Below, one piece after another: positions 42,693 through 51,792 of a stretch of 64,000 bases of DNA (position 1 is its first letter; each line of letters opens with the position of its first letter). The position numbers were made by a program, and so were the translations under genes. This stretch comes from an uncultured Muribaculaceae bacterium. GTDB taxonomy: Bacteria; Bacteroidota; Bacteroidia; Bacteroidales; Muribaculaceae. The notes below the pieces were generated by a model. The model worked only from the letters and a program-made list of their open reading frames with translations. It did no database searches and was not told the DNA's origin. The stretch spans positions 3,308 to 67,307 of the forward strand of contig CAJUKF010000009.1 in NCBI GenBank assembly GCA_910587355.1, written 5' to 3'.

Positions 42693-42781
42693 ATATGTTC
42701 AACGATTTGCGTTGATTATGTTATAGCACATTTTGAAACGCGCTTCTTATTATTATCAAACATTTCTAATCTAAATTCTCT

Positions 42782-43705
42782 ATGAACTGTTTTAAACGCT
42801 TTGCCGTGCTTGCGCTCATTGTATGCGCGGCGGCTGCCGCGTGGGCTGAGTCGGCTACATTCACGGCCGCAAGCTATAATCTGCGTCAGAAAAACAGCAG
42901 CGACTCTGTCGCCGGTAACGGCTGGGCACGCCGTATGCCCGTTATTGCCAATCTCGTTCAATTCCATGGCTTCGATATTTTCGGCACTCAGGAAGGCTTC
43001 AAGGAGCAACTTGACGGCCTCAAGGCCCTCATGCCCGGATATGAATATATAGGTCTTGGGCGTGACGACGGTAAAGATGCAGGAGAGCACTCGGCCATTT
43101 TCTATCGTCCTGACACTTTCGAACTCCTCGACCACGGCGATTTCTGGCTTTCGGAGACGCCCGATAAACCCGGTCTGGGCTGGGATGCCGTATGCGTGCG
43201 CATATGCACCTGGGGCAAATTCCGTCACCGTGCATCGGGCAAGGAATTCGTCTACATGAACCTCCATATGGACCACGTAGGCAAAATTGCACGCATCGAG
43301 AGTGCCAAACTCGTCCGCAGCCGCATCAAGGATATTGTGGGCGACGGTGCCGCTATCGTTACCGGTGACTTCAATGTCGACCAGTCGCACGAATCATACC
43401 GCACCATGACGGCCAACAACGAGCTTGTCGACAGCTACGAGACTGCTGAGCTCCGCTATGCGCCCAACGGCACATTCAACGGCTACCACACCGATGGCTA
43501 CACAACCTCGCGCATCGACCACGTGTTCGTTACACCGGGCATCAAAGTGCACAAATACGGTGTTCTCACAGACACTTACCGCACTCCCGACGGCCCGGGT
43601 CAGGATGTGAAGCTCAACGCCGCACCGCGTGAAATCCGTGCAAAGAAGTACACCGCCCGCACTCCGTCGGACCACTTCCCTGTAATGGTACAGCTTGAAT
43701 TGTAA
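42782..43705 (+). CDS. Exported endonuclease/exonuclease/phosphatase (EEP) family protein
   Basis: Signal peptide; SYNLR, DIFGTQE, N.H.DH, GDFN, RIDHVF, SDHFPV. Confidence 0.92.
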   Translation: MNCFKRFAVLALIVCAAAAAWAESATFTAASYNLRQKNSSDSVAGNGWARRMPVIANLVQFHGFDIFGTQEGFKEQLDGLKALMPGYEYIGLGRDDGKDAGEHSAIFYRPDTFELLDHGDFWLSETPDKPGLGWDAVCVRICTWGKFRHRASGKEFVYMNLHMDHVGKIARIESAKLVRSRIKDIVGDGAAIVTGDFNVDQSHESYRTMTANNELVDSYETAELRYAPNGTFNGYHTDGYTTSRIDHVFVTPGIKVHKYGVLTDTYRTPDGPGQDVKLNAAPREIRAKKYTARTPSDHFPVMVQLEL

Positions 43706-43722
43706 ATTTAGATTGCATTAAG

Positions 43723-43768
43723 CAAATAAAAAACTCGGCGCAGATTCATGCGCCGAGTTTTTTATTTG
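43723..43768. terminator. Bidirectional intrinsic terminator
   Basis: AAATAAAAAACTCGGCGCA...TGCGCCGAGTTTTTTATTT between convergent genes. Confidence 0.88.
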
Positions 43769-43783
43769 GTAGTGGAGAAATCG

Positions 43784-44461
43784 TTAGCGGATAACGATTT
43801 TGCCGGATTTGTTGGCTACGTTGTAGATGTAGATGCCGGGGGTAAGGTGGCCGAGGTCGGCTGAGCCTGCACCTTCGATAGACTCGGAGTAAGCGAGATT
43901 GCCGGCGATGCTGTATACACGGAGCATCGCGGGAGCGTTTACGGTGTAGCCGAGAACGTTGCCGCTGAATGTGAATGCATTGTCTTTGGTTGCCACGTTT
44001 TCAACGCCCGACTGAGTGGTATCATAAGCGATGTTGAATTTGACAGTGGAGTGCATGTTGTCGGCAACGGTGATTGTCATCGAGCCGGAAGATGCGGGAA
44101 GTTCCGGATAAGGAAGGAATTGTATGTGAGCTTCGAAGTCTGCTGATTTCTTTTGAAATGTCATAGGATTATTCTCGCTGAGACATACTCCACTGTTGTC
44201 GCATATCGATATATTAGTTGGTTGAGTTCCGCTTGTATGGGCAGATGTATACGATATGGTGAGCTGAGTCATATTTGTGCTGAAATTGAGCTCGGCTGCC
44301 GCGGTGTGAACAACACCCTGTTCGACTGTGAAATTATCAGCATAAAAAGTAATTGTCTCGCCATTCTTTACAGGGTTGCCATTAGCTGTTACGGTGACCA
44401 AAGCATTGGCTGCTGAGGCTCCGAGCAGAGCTGCTGCAAATAGAGTAATAAGTTTCTTCAT
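43784..44461 (-). CDS. Small T9SS type A sorting-domain protein
   Basis: Signal peptide; central CDNSGVC; tail VYSIAG...LTPGIYIY...KIVIR. Confidence 0.75.
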   Translation of the reverse strand: MKKLITLFAAALLGASAANALVTVTANGNPVKNGETITFYADNFTVEQGVVHTAAAELNFSTNMTQLTISYTSAHTSGTQPTNISICDNSGVCLSENNPMTFQKKSADFEAHIQFLPYPELPASSGSMTITVADNMHSTVKFNIAYDTTQSGVENVATKDNAFTFSGNVLGYTVNAPAMLRVYSIAGNLAYSESIEGAGSADLGHLTPGIYIYNVANKSGKIVIR

Positions 44462-44544
44462 ATATGATGATTGTAAGTTTTTAATTATTCTTTTAATAAA
44501 GCTGTGTCAGAACTGATGTTTTGACACAGCTTATGTGTTTTGGT

Positions 44545-45354
44545 TTAATCGTCTTCTGATGTTTCTGTCGGTACGACGTCTGCCTCCGCAGCCTGAAGTA
44601 TGCCGGTCGAATCGTAGATAAACGCCACAACGGCCATATTTTCGGGTTTCCAGCTGTCATCCAGAGTATAGGTGTACGATTTTTCGTCGAACACATTTTT
44701 CGATGCTGTGAATGATTCACCGTTTGTGCCGTTTACAGCAGCTCGGAACACGTGGTTATGCACATATTCGAACTGGGGAACGCGGCCATTGAGCTGGTAT
44801 GCAATGATGCCGCTTTCAATAAGCCATACCTGAAGATGACCGTTTATGTCGGCGGTCGGCTTTACGTTGACAGTGATAGAAAGTTCTTTTGAGCCCTCGG
44901 GAAGGCCGGTGCTTATTTCTATAGCGGCAGGGGCTTCGCGCTGCATCTCCTCGCGTACATTCTTTGCCCATTCGTCGCGCCCCAATGCTTCAGTGCGACG
45001 GTCGACAACACCCGAGGGTAGTATCGGTGAGCCGGCATTTTTGTAATAAGCCTCGCCATCGGTTGTGCCGAGGCCTTCGATTAACGGATTCGAGCCTACG
45101 GCAATGCTGAGGTTGCTTGCGTGGATACTTACGGGAATGAACGACGAACCGTACTGCTCGCGGAGCTGGGCTATGAATGTATGTCCTTCCGGGCAGTTAG
45201 GGCAGTTTTGGCCTGTAAATTCTTCTATAAGAACCGCGCGCTTGGGCTTGACAGCCTCAACCTCGATGTAGCGGTCGTCGGGGGAAATGCTGTCGCATGC
45301 GCTGAAGAGGAGCGCGGCGGCAGCAAAAGGTATTATGAACTTATTAATTTTCAC
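44545..45354 (-). CDS. Omp28-family outer-membrane lipoprotein
   Basis: Lipobox LFSAC-D; VLIEEFTGQNCPNCP, VSIHA, YVHNHVFRAAVNG, VVAFIY. Confidence 0.88.
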   Translation of the reverse strand: MKINKFIIPFAAAALLFSACDSISPDDRYIEVEAVKPKRAVLIEEFTGQNCPNCPEGHTFIAQLREQYGSSFIPVSIHASNLSIAVGSNPLIEGLGTTDGEAYYKNAGSPILPSGVVDRRTEALGRDEWAKNVREEMQREAPAAIEISTGLPEGSKELSITVNVKPTADINGHLQVWLIESGIIAYQLNGRVPQFEYVHNHVFRAAVNGTNGESFTASKNVFDEKSYTYTLDDSWKPENMAVVAFIYDSTGILQAAEADVVPTETSEDD

Positions 45355-45393
45355 AGTGTGATTGTTTTGAGGTGAGAGAGAAATGAAGATTAA

Positions 45394-47061
45394 TCAGAAG
45401 TTGTAGCTGTAGGAGAGCTGGAAGCCGCGGCTTGCGGGTACGTACCGGCAGACACCGCCCGAGCAGTTATAGCCGGCGCGCGTACGTCCGTAGCCTACCA
45501 TGAGGCGGTTCGACTTGTAATTGGCGGTGACAGATGCCATATAATAGTGAAGGTCGGTCTCGCCGCAGTTCCACATATCGCTTACCGAGAACATGAAGTA
45601 GGGTAGTACAGAGAGTTCGAGAAGACCGAAGCACCAGTCGCCCTTGTCCTGTTTTGTGCCGAGATACTGCACTTCGCCGCGGAGAGTGAGCTTGCGGTTG
45701 AAGCGGTATTTTGCATCGATTACACCGATATGCGAGTTGACCATGCCATCGTGGCCCTCAATCACACCCTTGTTGTATCGCTGATACATGTACATGGCGT
45801 TGAGGTGGAAGTCGGAGGTGATGCGCTTCTCCATCTGGATGTTGATGTCCTGATAGTAAAGTCCTCCCATTTTGAAGAACGGGGTAGAGCCGCCGTCGGT
45901 GCCGTACTGCGAGCCGTTGAATGTCTCGCCGGGCTTGTGGACCAGACCGCGTATATAGCTGACGTTGAGGTTGAATTTCGTGCCGTACTTGCCGCCCATG
46001 GCAGTCTTGCGCTTGAAGTTGTAAGCGAAAGCGCCCTGAAATGCCCATTCGCCGGGAGCTGCCTGAGTAGCATAGGGATACATTGCTGCAAGAGCATATG
46101 TGTGCTGATAGGCGAATGCCGGCATGTTGTTGAGGAAAGCGGCTGTGAGTGTCTGGGTGCGCTTTGAGCGGAACGCCATATTCTCGCTGCGCTTGGCCTG
46201 AACGAGGGCGCTGAATCCCTTCCTGGCATAGGAGCCCGAAAGCATTATAGCCGTACCGGTGCGGTAAGTGTAGTTGTTGTCGGCCGATGGGTCGGAGCCT
46301 TTCCACGCGAATTCACCGAGGAAGTCCCATGCATTGCGGTTGAAGTGCGTGCGTAGGTCGAACGAATGTACGTTGAGCGGCAGATTGAGCTTGTAGTTGG
46401 TGCCCGGAACGATGATATCCTCGTCTTTTTCGTGCTTGAACACATAGGAGGCACCTACTGTCCAGCTTATGTTGCGGTCGCGAAGTGCCTGCGAATACTG
46501 TTCGAGAGCAGCCTCAGCATCAGCACCGGCGATTTTAGTGCGCATGTCCCAGTCCCAGAATCGGCGCTGCACACCGCCGAGGGCTGTGAGCCGCAGGCCT
46601 TTGACGGCATTTACTTTCACGCGGGCGCCGCGGATAGAGTTGTCGATGCCGAGCGAGCGCTCTTCGTAAGTGCGGAGTATGAAACCGCTGCCGAACTGCT
46701 CGTAGAAGTCGCCGAGGGTGAGTTCGCAGTTGCGGTATTTGCCTTTTACGAATATGTTTGCAAGGCCCCAGCCCTTGAATGCTTTTTCAAATCCGGGGAG
46801 GGGGTGCTCGAGGTATTCGATGCGTGCGCCACCGTCGACATATTTACTGAATACGCTGGCATTGGCGTAGAAGTTGCCGAGAATTTTGTCGGAGTAGTGC
46901 TCGGTGCCGATGTCGTAGTCGTCTTCGGGAAAAAGGACATCGGCCTGTACATTTCCATGTACAGACACTTTGTTGGCGATGCCGTCGCCTGCGTATTGTG
47001 CGGCCGCAGGCAGTGAGGCCATGAGTACGACAGGCAGTAAGAGCCTGCTTGCTTTGTTCAT
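45394..47061 (-). CDS. DUF6029-family outer-membrane beta-barrel protein
   Basis: Signal peptide; GDFYEQFGSG.ILR.YE.R.LGIDNS..G; C-terminus YGRTRAGYNCSGGVCRYVPA..GF.LSYSYNF. Confidence 0.8.
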   Translation of the reverse strand: MNKASRLLLPVVLMASLPAAAQYAGDGIANKVSVHGNVQADVLFPEDDYDIGTEHYSDKILGNFYANASVFSKYVDGGARIEYLEHPLPGFEKAFKGWGLANIFVKGKYRNCELTLGDFYEQFGSGFILRTYEERSLGIDNSIRGARVKVNAVKGLRLTALGGVQRRFWDWDMRTKIAGADAEAALEQYSQALRDRNISWTVGASYVFKHEKDEDIIVPGTNYKLNLPLNVHSFDLRTHFNRNAWDFLGEFAWKGSDPSADNNYTYRTGTAIMLSGSYARKGFSALVQAKRSENMAFRSKRTQTLTAAFLNNMPAFAYQHTYALAAMYPYATQAAPGEWAFQGAFAYNFKRKTAMGGKYGTKFNLNVSYIRGLVHKPGETFNGSQYGTDGGSTPFFKMGGLYYQDINIQMEKRITSDFHLNAMYMYQRYNKGVIEGHDGMVNSHIGVIDAKYRFNRKLTLRGEVQYLGTKQDKGDWCFGLLELSVLPYFMFSVSDMWNCGETDLHYYMASVTANYKSNRLMVGYGRTRAGYNCSGGVCRYVPASRGFQLSYSYNF

Positions 47062-47089
47062 GATGAGATGATTACCGGTTTACAAAGAC

Positions 47090-47584
47090 TTATTCCTTGG
47101 CAAGGATTTCGCGTATTTTGTCAATCACGGCCTGCTCTGAGCCTTCGGTGTAACCGCTGTGCGAATATACGATGTTGCCCTTGCCGTCGAGCACGAAAAT
47201 GTGGGGAATGGCCTGAACACCCATGGCGCGCATGAAGTCGCCGTTGGGGTCGAGAAGCACGTCGTACTCCCAGCCTTCCGACTCTACGGTGGGCTTGACC
47301 TTATTTATATTGTGTGCCTCGTCTTCCGAGACTGCGATGAGTTTCATGCCTGTTTCGTCCTGCCAGTCAGCATAGACTTCGTGGATAGCGCGGAGTTCAC
47401 GCTTGCAGGGATGACACCAGTCGGCGAAGAAACTGATTACGAAAGGCTTGCCGTCGTTTGACAGCTGTGATACGTTGACAACCTTGCCTTCGAGATTCTT
47501 AAGCTCGACAGAGGGAAGCTGTGCACTTGCGGTGCAGGCGATGAACAGAGCGGCGATAACCGAGAATAATTTTGTTAATTTCAT
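47090..47584 (-). CDS. TlpA-family thiol-disulfide oxidoreductase (exported)
   Basis: Signal peptide; SFFADWCHPCKREL, LLDPNG, IPH.FVLD..G.IVYSH.GY; -7 element TACCTTTG at 47672-47679 (-). Confidence 0.92.
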   Translation of the reverse strand: MKLTKLFSVIAALFIACTASAQLPSVELKNLEGKVVNVSQLSNDGKPFVISFFADWCHPCKRELRAIHEVYADWQDETGMKLIAVSEDEAHNINKVKPTVESEGWEYDVLLDPNGDFMRAMGVQAIPHIFVLDGKGNIVYSHSGYTEGSEQAVIDKIREILAKE

Positions 47585-47903
47585 ATTCACTTGCTGATTT
47601 TGCTGGATTTCGACAGACCGGAACAGGTAGCTTTGAACAGGTCCGCAGGAGTGGAGAAATGTTTAACGATGCAAAGGTAGAGAAATAAATGCAAAGATTG
47701 AGTAAAAGTATCAAAAAAAATGTGACAGATTGAAGAATTATTATTAAATTTGAGGCCGAAATGGTACTTGATTGCCCTCCTAATTGAAAAAATCTGCTGT
47801 TTTCATGACATTCTGACTAATCGGAACGAAAGATATCTGCCGGACATCATTGACCGGCGGCATGTTTTTTCCATATTTGTAATTATCAGTAATTATATAT
47901 CAT

Positions 47904-50900
47904 ATGAATTTTATTTACAGATTATTAACACTTGTAGTGGCCGTAACACCTTTTGTGTTGTCGGCTGAAGTCGCCGCGCCCAAAATCACGGGTCTGCACG
48001 CTCTCTACACCCGTCTGTCGGATAATGGCAAGTGGGCTGTAAGCGAGAAAGCCAGTGAGGTTGACGGCACTCTTGAACCTTCGGGCGGTATTCTGCTCAA
48101 TATCGAGACTATGCAGAAACTTGACCTGTCGCCTGATGATGGCTTTGCCGGTGTAAGCGATGTCACCAACGATGGCAATATGGTTGTCGGTTCGTTCCAG
48201 ACTCTCCCTGCTGTCTGGATTTCAGGCGAGGGCTGGGTACAGCTTCCTGTGCCTTCCGACTGTATGGCAGGCTATGTCTCTGCCGTAACTCCCGACGGCA
48301 AATACGGTGTGGGCTATGTTGTCCCCAAAATAAACTCTTCGTATGCCCGCCGTGCTGTATGCTATGACCTTACGTCCCGTGAAATCTTGGATTTGCCTAA
48401 TCTGCCGGAGTTTGATATGCTCCATGAGGATATGGACCAGACTCGTTTTACGGATATCTCTGCCGACGGTCGCTATATTATAGGCGATATGTCGTTCAGC
48501 TACATCCTGCCCGCCCAGCTCTGCGCTTTTGTCTACGACCGTGAGACCGAAGAGTACACTATGCTCGGCTTCAAGGACCATGTCGATAAAGACTGGGAGC
48601 CTCTGGTCAAAAACCTCAACCATATCGAAAGTCCTGTGATGAGCCCCAACGGCGAATGGATTGCAGGCAGCGCATATATGGTAGAGCCTATTCCCGGTTC
48701 GGAGTATCCCAAAGAGTACAATGTCGTATTCCGCTATAATGTGAAGACCAATAATTTTGAGCTCTTCAACGGCGAAGACGACGCCGACTATCTCGCAACT
48801 CTGATTCTCAACGATGGTACTGTGATTGCCGGCAGCCCGGCAGCCAATCCCTACCGCTACGCCCACGTGCGTTCAGGCAATTATTACATCGCACTTGCCG
48901 ATATCTACAAACAGAATTACGGCATCGACCTCGAGGCCGTGACAGGCAATGTGAACTCCGGTACTCCCTGGAGCGCTACTGCCGATGGCCGTACGTTCAT
49001 CATGGGTCCGTCGCCCGAAGACTCCTATCTGCTTCAGCTCAACGAGTATATTCTCGATGCTGCAAAGCGTGTCGATTTGCTCTCGGATTATAGTGTCAGC
49101 CCTGCCAACGGGAGCACAATGGGCCGTCTTTCAACTGTCACTCTCACTTTCTCCAGAAAGGTGGAGACCAACGGCAGCGCAACAGCCATCAAGTGCACAA
49201 AGTCGGATGGCAGCGATACCGGCTGGAGAGTCTCAAGCTGGAATGCCGACGGACGAAAAATCACTCTCGGCTATATGCCTAAAGAACTTAAGGCCGGAGA
49301 AGAATATACCATAACTATACCGGCCGGCCGTATCCGTGTGGCCGGTGATGCAAATGTAACGTCTCCCGAAATCAAGATTAATTTCAAAGGACGCGAATCC
49401 GGTGCCATAATAATGACCGGCGCGGCACCCGCCGACGGCAGCTCTGTAGCGGGCCTCAGTCTTGATTCCAATCCTTTGGTTCTTACATTCAACGCCGACA
49501 TTCAGCTTACCGAGAATGCAGCCGGTGAACTATGGCGTACCGGCGAGTCGGCCGCTTACTGCCAGCTGGCACTCCTCAGCGGCAAGACAAACGAAACCAG
49601 AAATCAGCTCCTCGTTTATCCTATTACCAGCCAGCATCTCTATGCCGGCACAGATTATCAGGTTGTGATTCCTGCCGGAACAGTCACCGACATCTCCGGT
49701 GCCGGACCCAACGAAAAAATCGTGCTCAACTACAAGGGCTCGTATGTGCGCCAGATTTCCTCGGATGACAAATATCTCTTTAACTCGGCATGCGACAACT
49801 ATGACGACTTCATTTTCTATGAAGGCGACCACCTTGTTACGGGCGACGCTCCCGCATCGTGGGGATTCACCAAAGACAATCCCTGGTACATTGTCCGTTC
49901 GAGCGGCACTACATCCGATATGGCGTTTGCAGCGCACTCGATATTTACAACAAGCGGCACTTCAGATGACTGGATGGTGACACCCCAGCTTCTGATTCCC
50001 GATAAGGACTGCTATCTGTCGTTCGACGCACAGAGCTACCTCAACCTCTCTACCGATGTCCTCAAAGTGTATGTCTACGAGTCAAAGAACGTATACAACT
50101 CGCTCAACAAGACCATTATCGACGATATACGTGCCAACGGTGACCTTATTTACAATGAGCGTCTCAGACCCGGCGAGTCGGAAGAAGACCTTGAAGGCGA
50201 CTGGCAGAATGTTAAATTGCCGCTGGCAGCATACGCCGGTAAGGAAGTCTATATCGCATTTGTGAACAATAATACCGACGGTAGCGCGATTTTTATCGAT
50301 AATGTACAGGTAATTCATGACTTGCGTTTCCTTACAACTTTTGTAAACAGTGACCGCGTAGTTGCTCAGGAGAGCATTAACATCTCCGGCAACATCACAG
50401 TTTCGAGCGAAATTGACACTTACAGCAGCATTTCGCTCACACTCCGTGATGCCGACGATACCGTTGTCGACGCTATCAGTGAAGACGGCCTCTCTCTTAA
50501 GAAAGGCGACGTATATCCCTTCACATTCAGCAAAGCTCTTCCGCTCTCTATCGGCGAACGGACCAAATATTCTGTAATCGTGAAACTCGATGATGTCGAG
50601 TCGACCATAGCAGGCGGTGTCAGCAGCCTCAGCTTCGAGCCGGTTAAGAAAATTGTTGTCGAGGAGTATTCAGGCCGAGACTGTGCCAACTGTCCTCTTG
50701 GTATCCTTGCAATGGAAAATCTTGAGCGCACATATCCCGGCAGGGTGATACCCGTTATTCTCCGTACGTACGGCAGTGACCCGTTGGGTACCGGTCTCGG
50801 TTCCTATACCTCATTCCTCGGGTTAAGTGCTGCTCCCTCGGGCCGCATCAACCGCGGCGACATAGAATCGCCTATGGTAAATGCCAACGGCAAGTATCTC

Positions 50901-51698
50901 TTCAGCGGGGCCGGTTATACAGATTCAAATACCGGGCTGCCCATTACGACCTGGTATGATGTTGCTGCAAAGGAGATGAACAATCCCGCCGATGCCGAGA
51001 TTTCTTTCTCGTCGGTTTACGATAAAGCCTCTAACAAAGCCAATGTGTCGGCTAAAGTGCGGAGCGCCATCAATATCGCCAATACTCCTATGAATGTATT
51101 TGCAGTGCTCGTCGAAGACAAGCTCGAGACGTATCAGCAGAGCAATGTATCGTCTTCGGAAGACGAGAATCTCGGCGAATGGGGCAAAGGCGGCATTTAT
51201 GGTTCACCATATGTGTTCGGCTATATCATCAATGATGTTGCCCGCAATGCATACGGCACTACCTACAACGGTACAAGCGGTCTTGTTCCTTCTACTCTCA
51301 ACAGCGGCGAGGAGTATCCGTTCAGCCTCTCTCTTCCGCTTCCCGAAACAGTGGCAGTGGCAGAAAACTGCAAGATTGTGCTTATGCTCATCAATCCCGG
51401 CACGGGCGCTGTCATCAACGCCAATGTATGCGCTATTAACGGCGATACATCTGCCGGCGTAGAGGATACTGTTGTCAGTGATGCCGGAGCTCCGGCAATA
51501 AGCGTTGCCGACGGTGTAATTGCTGCGGCTGCCGACGGTGATGTTACAGTAAGTGTATATGCAGTCGATGGCACTATGCTCGGCACAGCTGCCGCAGGCG
51601 GCATCGCAACTGTAGACCTGAGCGGATATAACGGTGTAGTCATTGTCAAGGCTTCGGCAAACGGTGCTGCAGTTACAGCTAAGGTCGTTGTAAAATAA
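47904..51698 (+). CDS. Large secreted multidomain protein: propeller-like N-terminus, Ig-like domains, choice-of-anchor-J/adhesin-like domain, Omp28 CxxC domain, T9SS CTD
   Basis: Repeated (S/T)xDG-type blades; SPANGS/APADGS..IPAG Ig-like units; SDDWMVTPQL..YAGKEVYIAFVN..IDNV; KKIVVEEYSGRDCANCP..NDVAR; tail VYAVDG..GVVIVKA..KVVVK. Confidence 0.8.
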   Translation: MNFIYRLLTLVVAVTPFVLSAEVAAPKITGLHALYTRLSDNGKWAVSEKASEVDGTLEPSGGILLNIETMQKLDLSPDDGFAGVSDVTNDGNMVVGSFQTLPAVWISGEGWVQLPVPSDCMAGYVSAVTPDGKYGVGYVVPKINSSYARRAVCYDLTSREILDLPNLPEFDMLHEDMDQTRFTDISADGRYIIGDMSFSYILPAQLCAFVYDRETEEYTMLGFKDHVDKDWEPLVKNLNHIESPVMSPNGEWIAGSAYMVEPIPGSEYPKEYNVVFRYNVKTNNFELFNGEDDADYLATLILNDGTVIAGSPAANPYRYAHVRSGNYYIALADIYKQNYGIDLEAVTGNVNSGTPWSATADGRTFIMGPSPEDSYLLQLNEYILDAAKRVDLLSDYSVSPANGSTMGRLSTVTLTFSRKVETNGSATAIKCTKSDGSDTGWRVSSWNADGRKITLGYMPKELKAGEEYTITIPAGRIRVAGDANVTSPEIKINFKGRESGAIIMTGAAPADGSSVAGLSLDSNPLVLTFNADIQLTENAAGELWRTGESAAYCQLALLSGKTNETRNQLLVYPITSQHLYAGTDYQVVIPAGTVTDISGAGPNEKIVLNYKGSYVRQISSDDKYLFNSACDNYDDFIFYEGDHLVTGDAPASWGFTKDNPWYIVRSSGTTSDMAFAAHSIFTTSGTSDDWMVTPQLLIPDKDCYLSFDAQSYLNLSTDVLKVYVYESKNVYNSLNKTIIDDIRANGDLIYNERLRPGESEEDLEGDWQNVKLPLAAYAGKEVYIAFVNNNTDGSAIFIDNVQVIHDLRFLTTFVNSDRVVAQESINISGNITVSSEIDTYSSISLTLRDADDTVVDAISEDGLSLKKGDVYPFTFSKALPLSIGERTKYSVIVKLDDVESTIAGGVSSLSFEPVKKIVVEEYSGRDCANCPLGILAMENLERTYPGRVIPVILRTYGSDPLGTGLGSYTSFLGLSAAPSGRINRGDIESPMVNANGKYLFSGAGYTDSNTGLPITTWYDVAAKEMNNPADAEISFSSVYDKASNKANVSAKVRSAINIANTPMNVFAVLVEDKLETYQQSNVSSSEDENLGEWGKGGIYGSPYVFGYIINDVARNAYGTTYNGTSGLVPSTLNSGEEYPFSLSLPLPETVAVAENCKIVLMLINPGTGAVINANVCAINGDTSAGVEDTVVSDAGAPAISVADGVIAAAADGDVTVSVYAVDGTMLGTAAAGGIATVDLSGYNGVVIVKASANGAAVTAKVVVK

Positions 51699-51710
51699 AA
51701 AATATTCTAT

Positions 51711-51751
51711 AAGGCTCATGCCGGCCGGGTTACGCCGGCATGAGCCTTTTT
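51711..51751 (+). terminator. Intrinsic terminator
   Basis: AAGGCTCATGCCGGC / GCCGGCATGAGCCTT stem followed by TTT. Confidence 0.8.
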
Positions 51752-51792
51752 ACTTTTGTCAGACAATCAATATTTTAATTAAATCATTTGCA

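Noticed and set aside
42520..42780. Possible CRISPR or mini-array
   Set aside because: There are only two copies, inverted rather than direct, with no spacer series and no cas genes.
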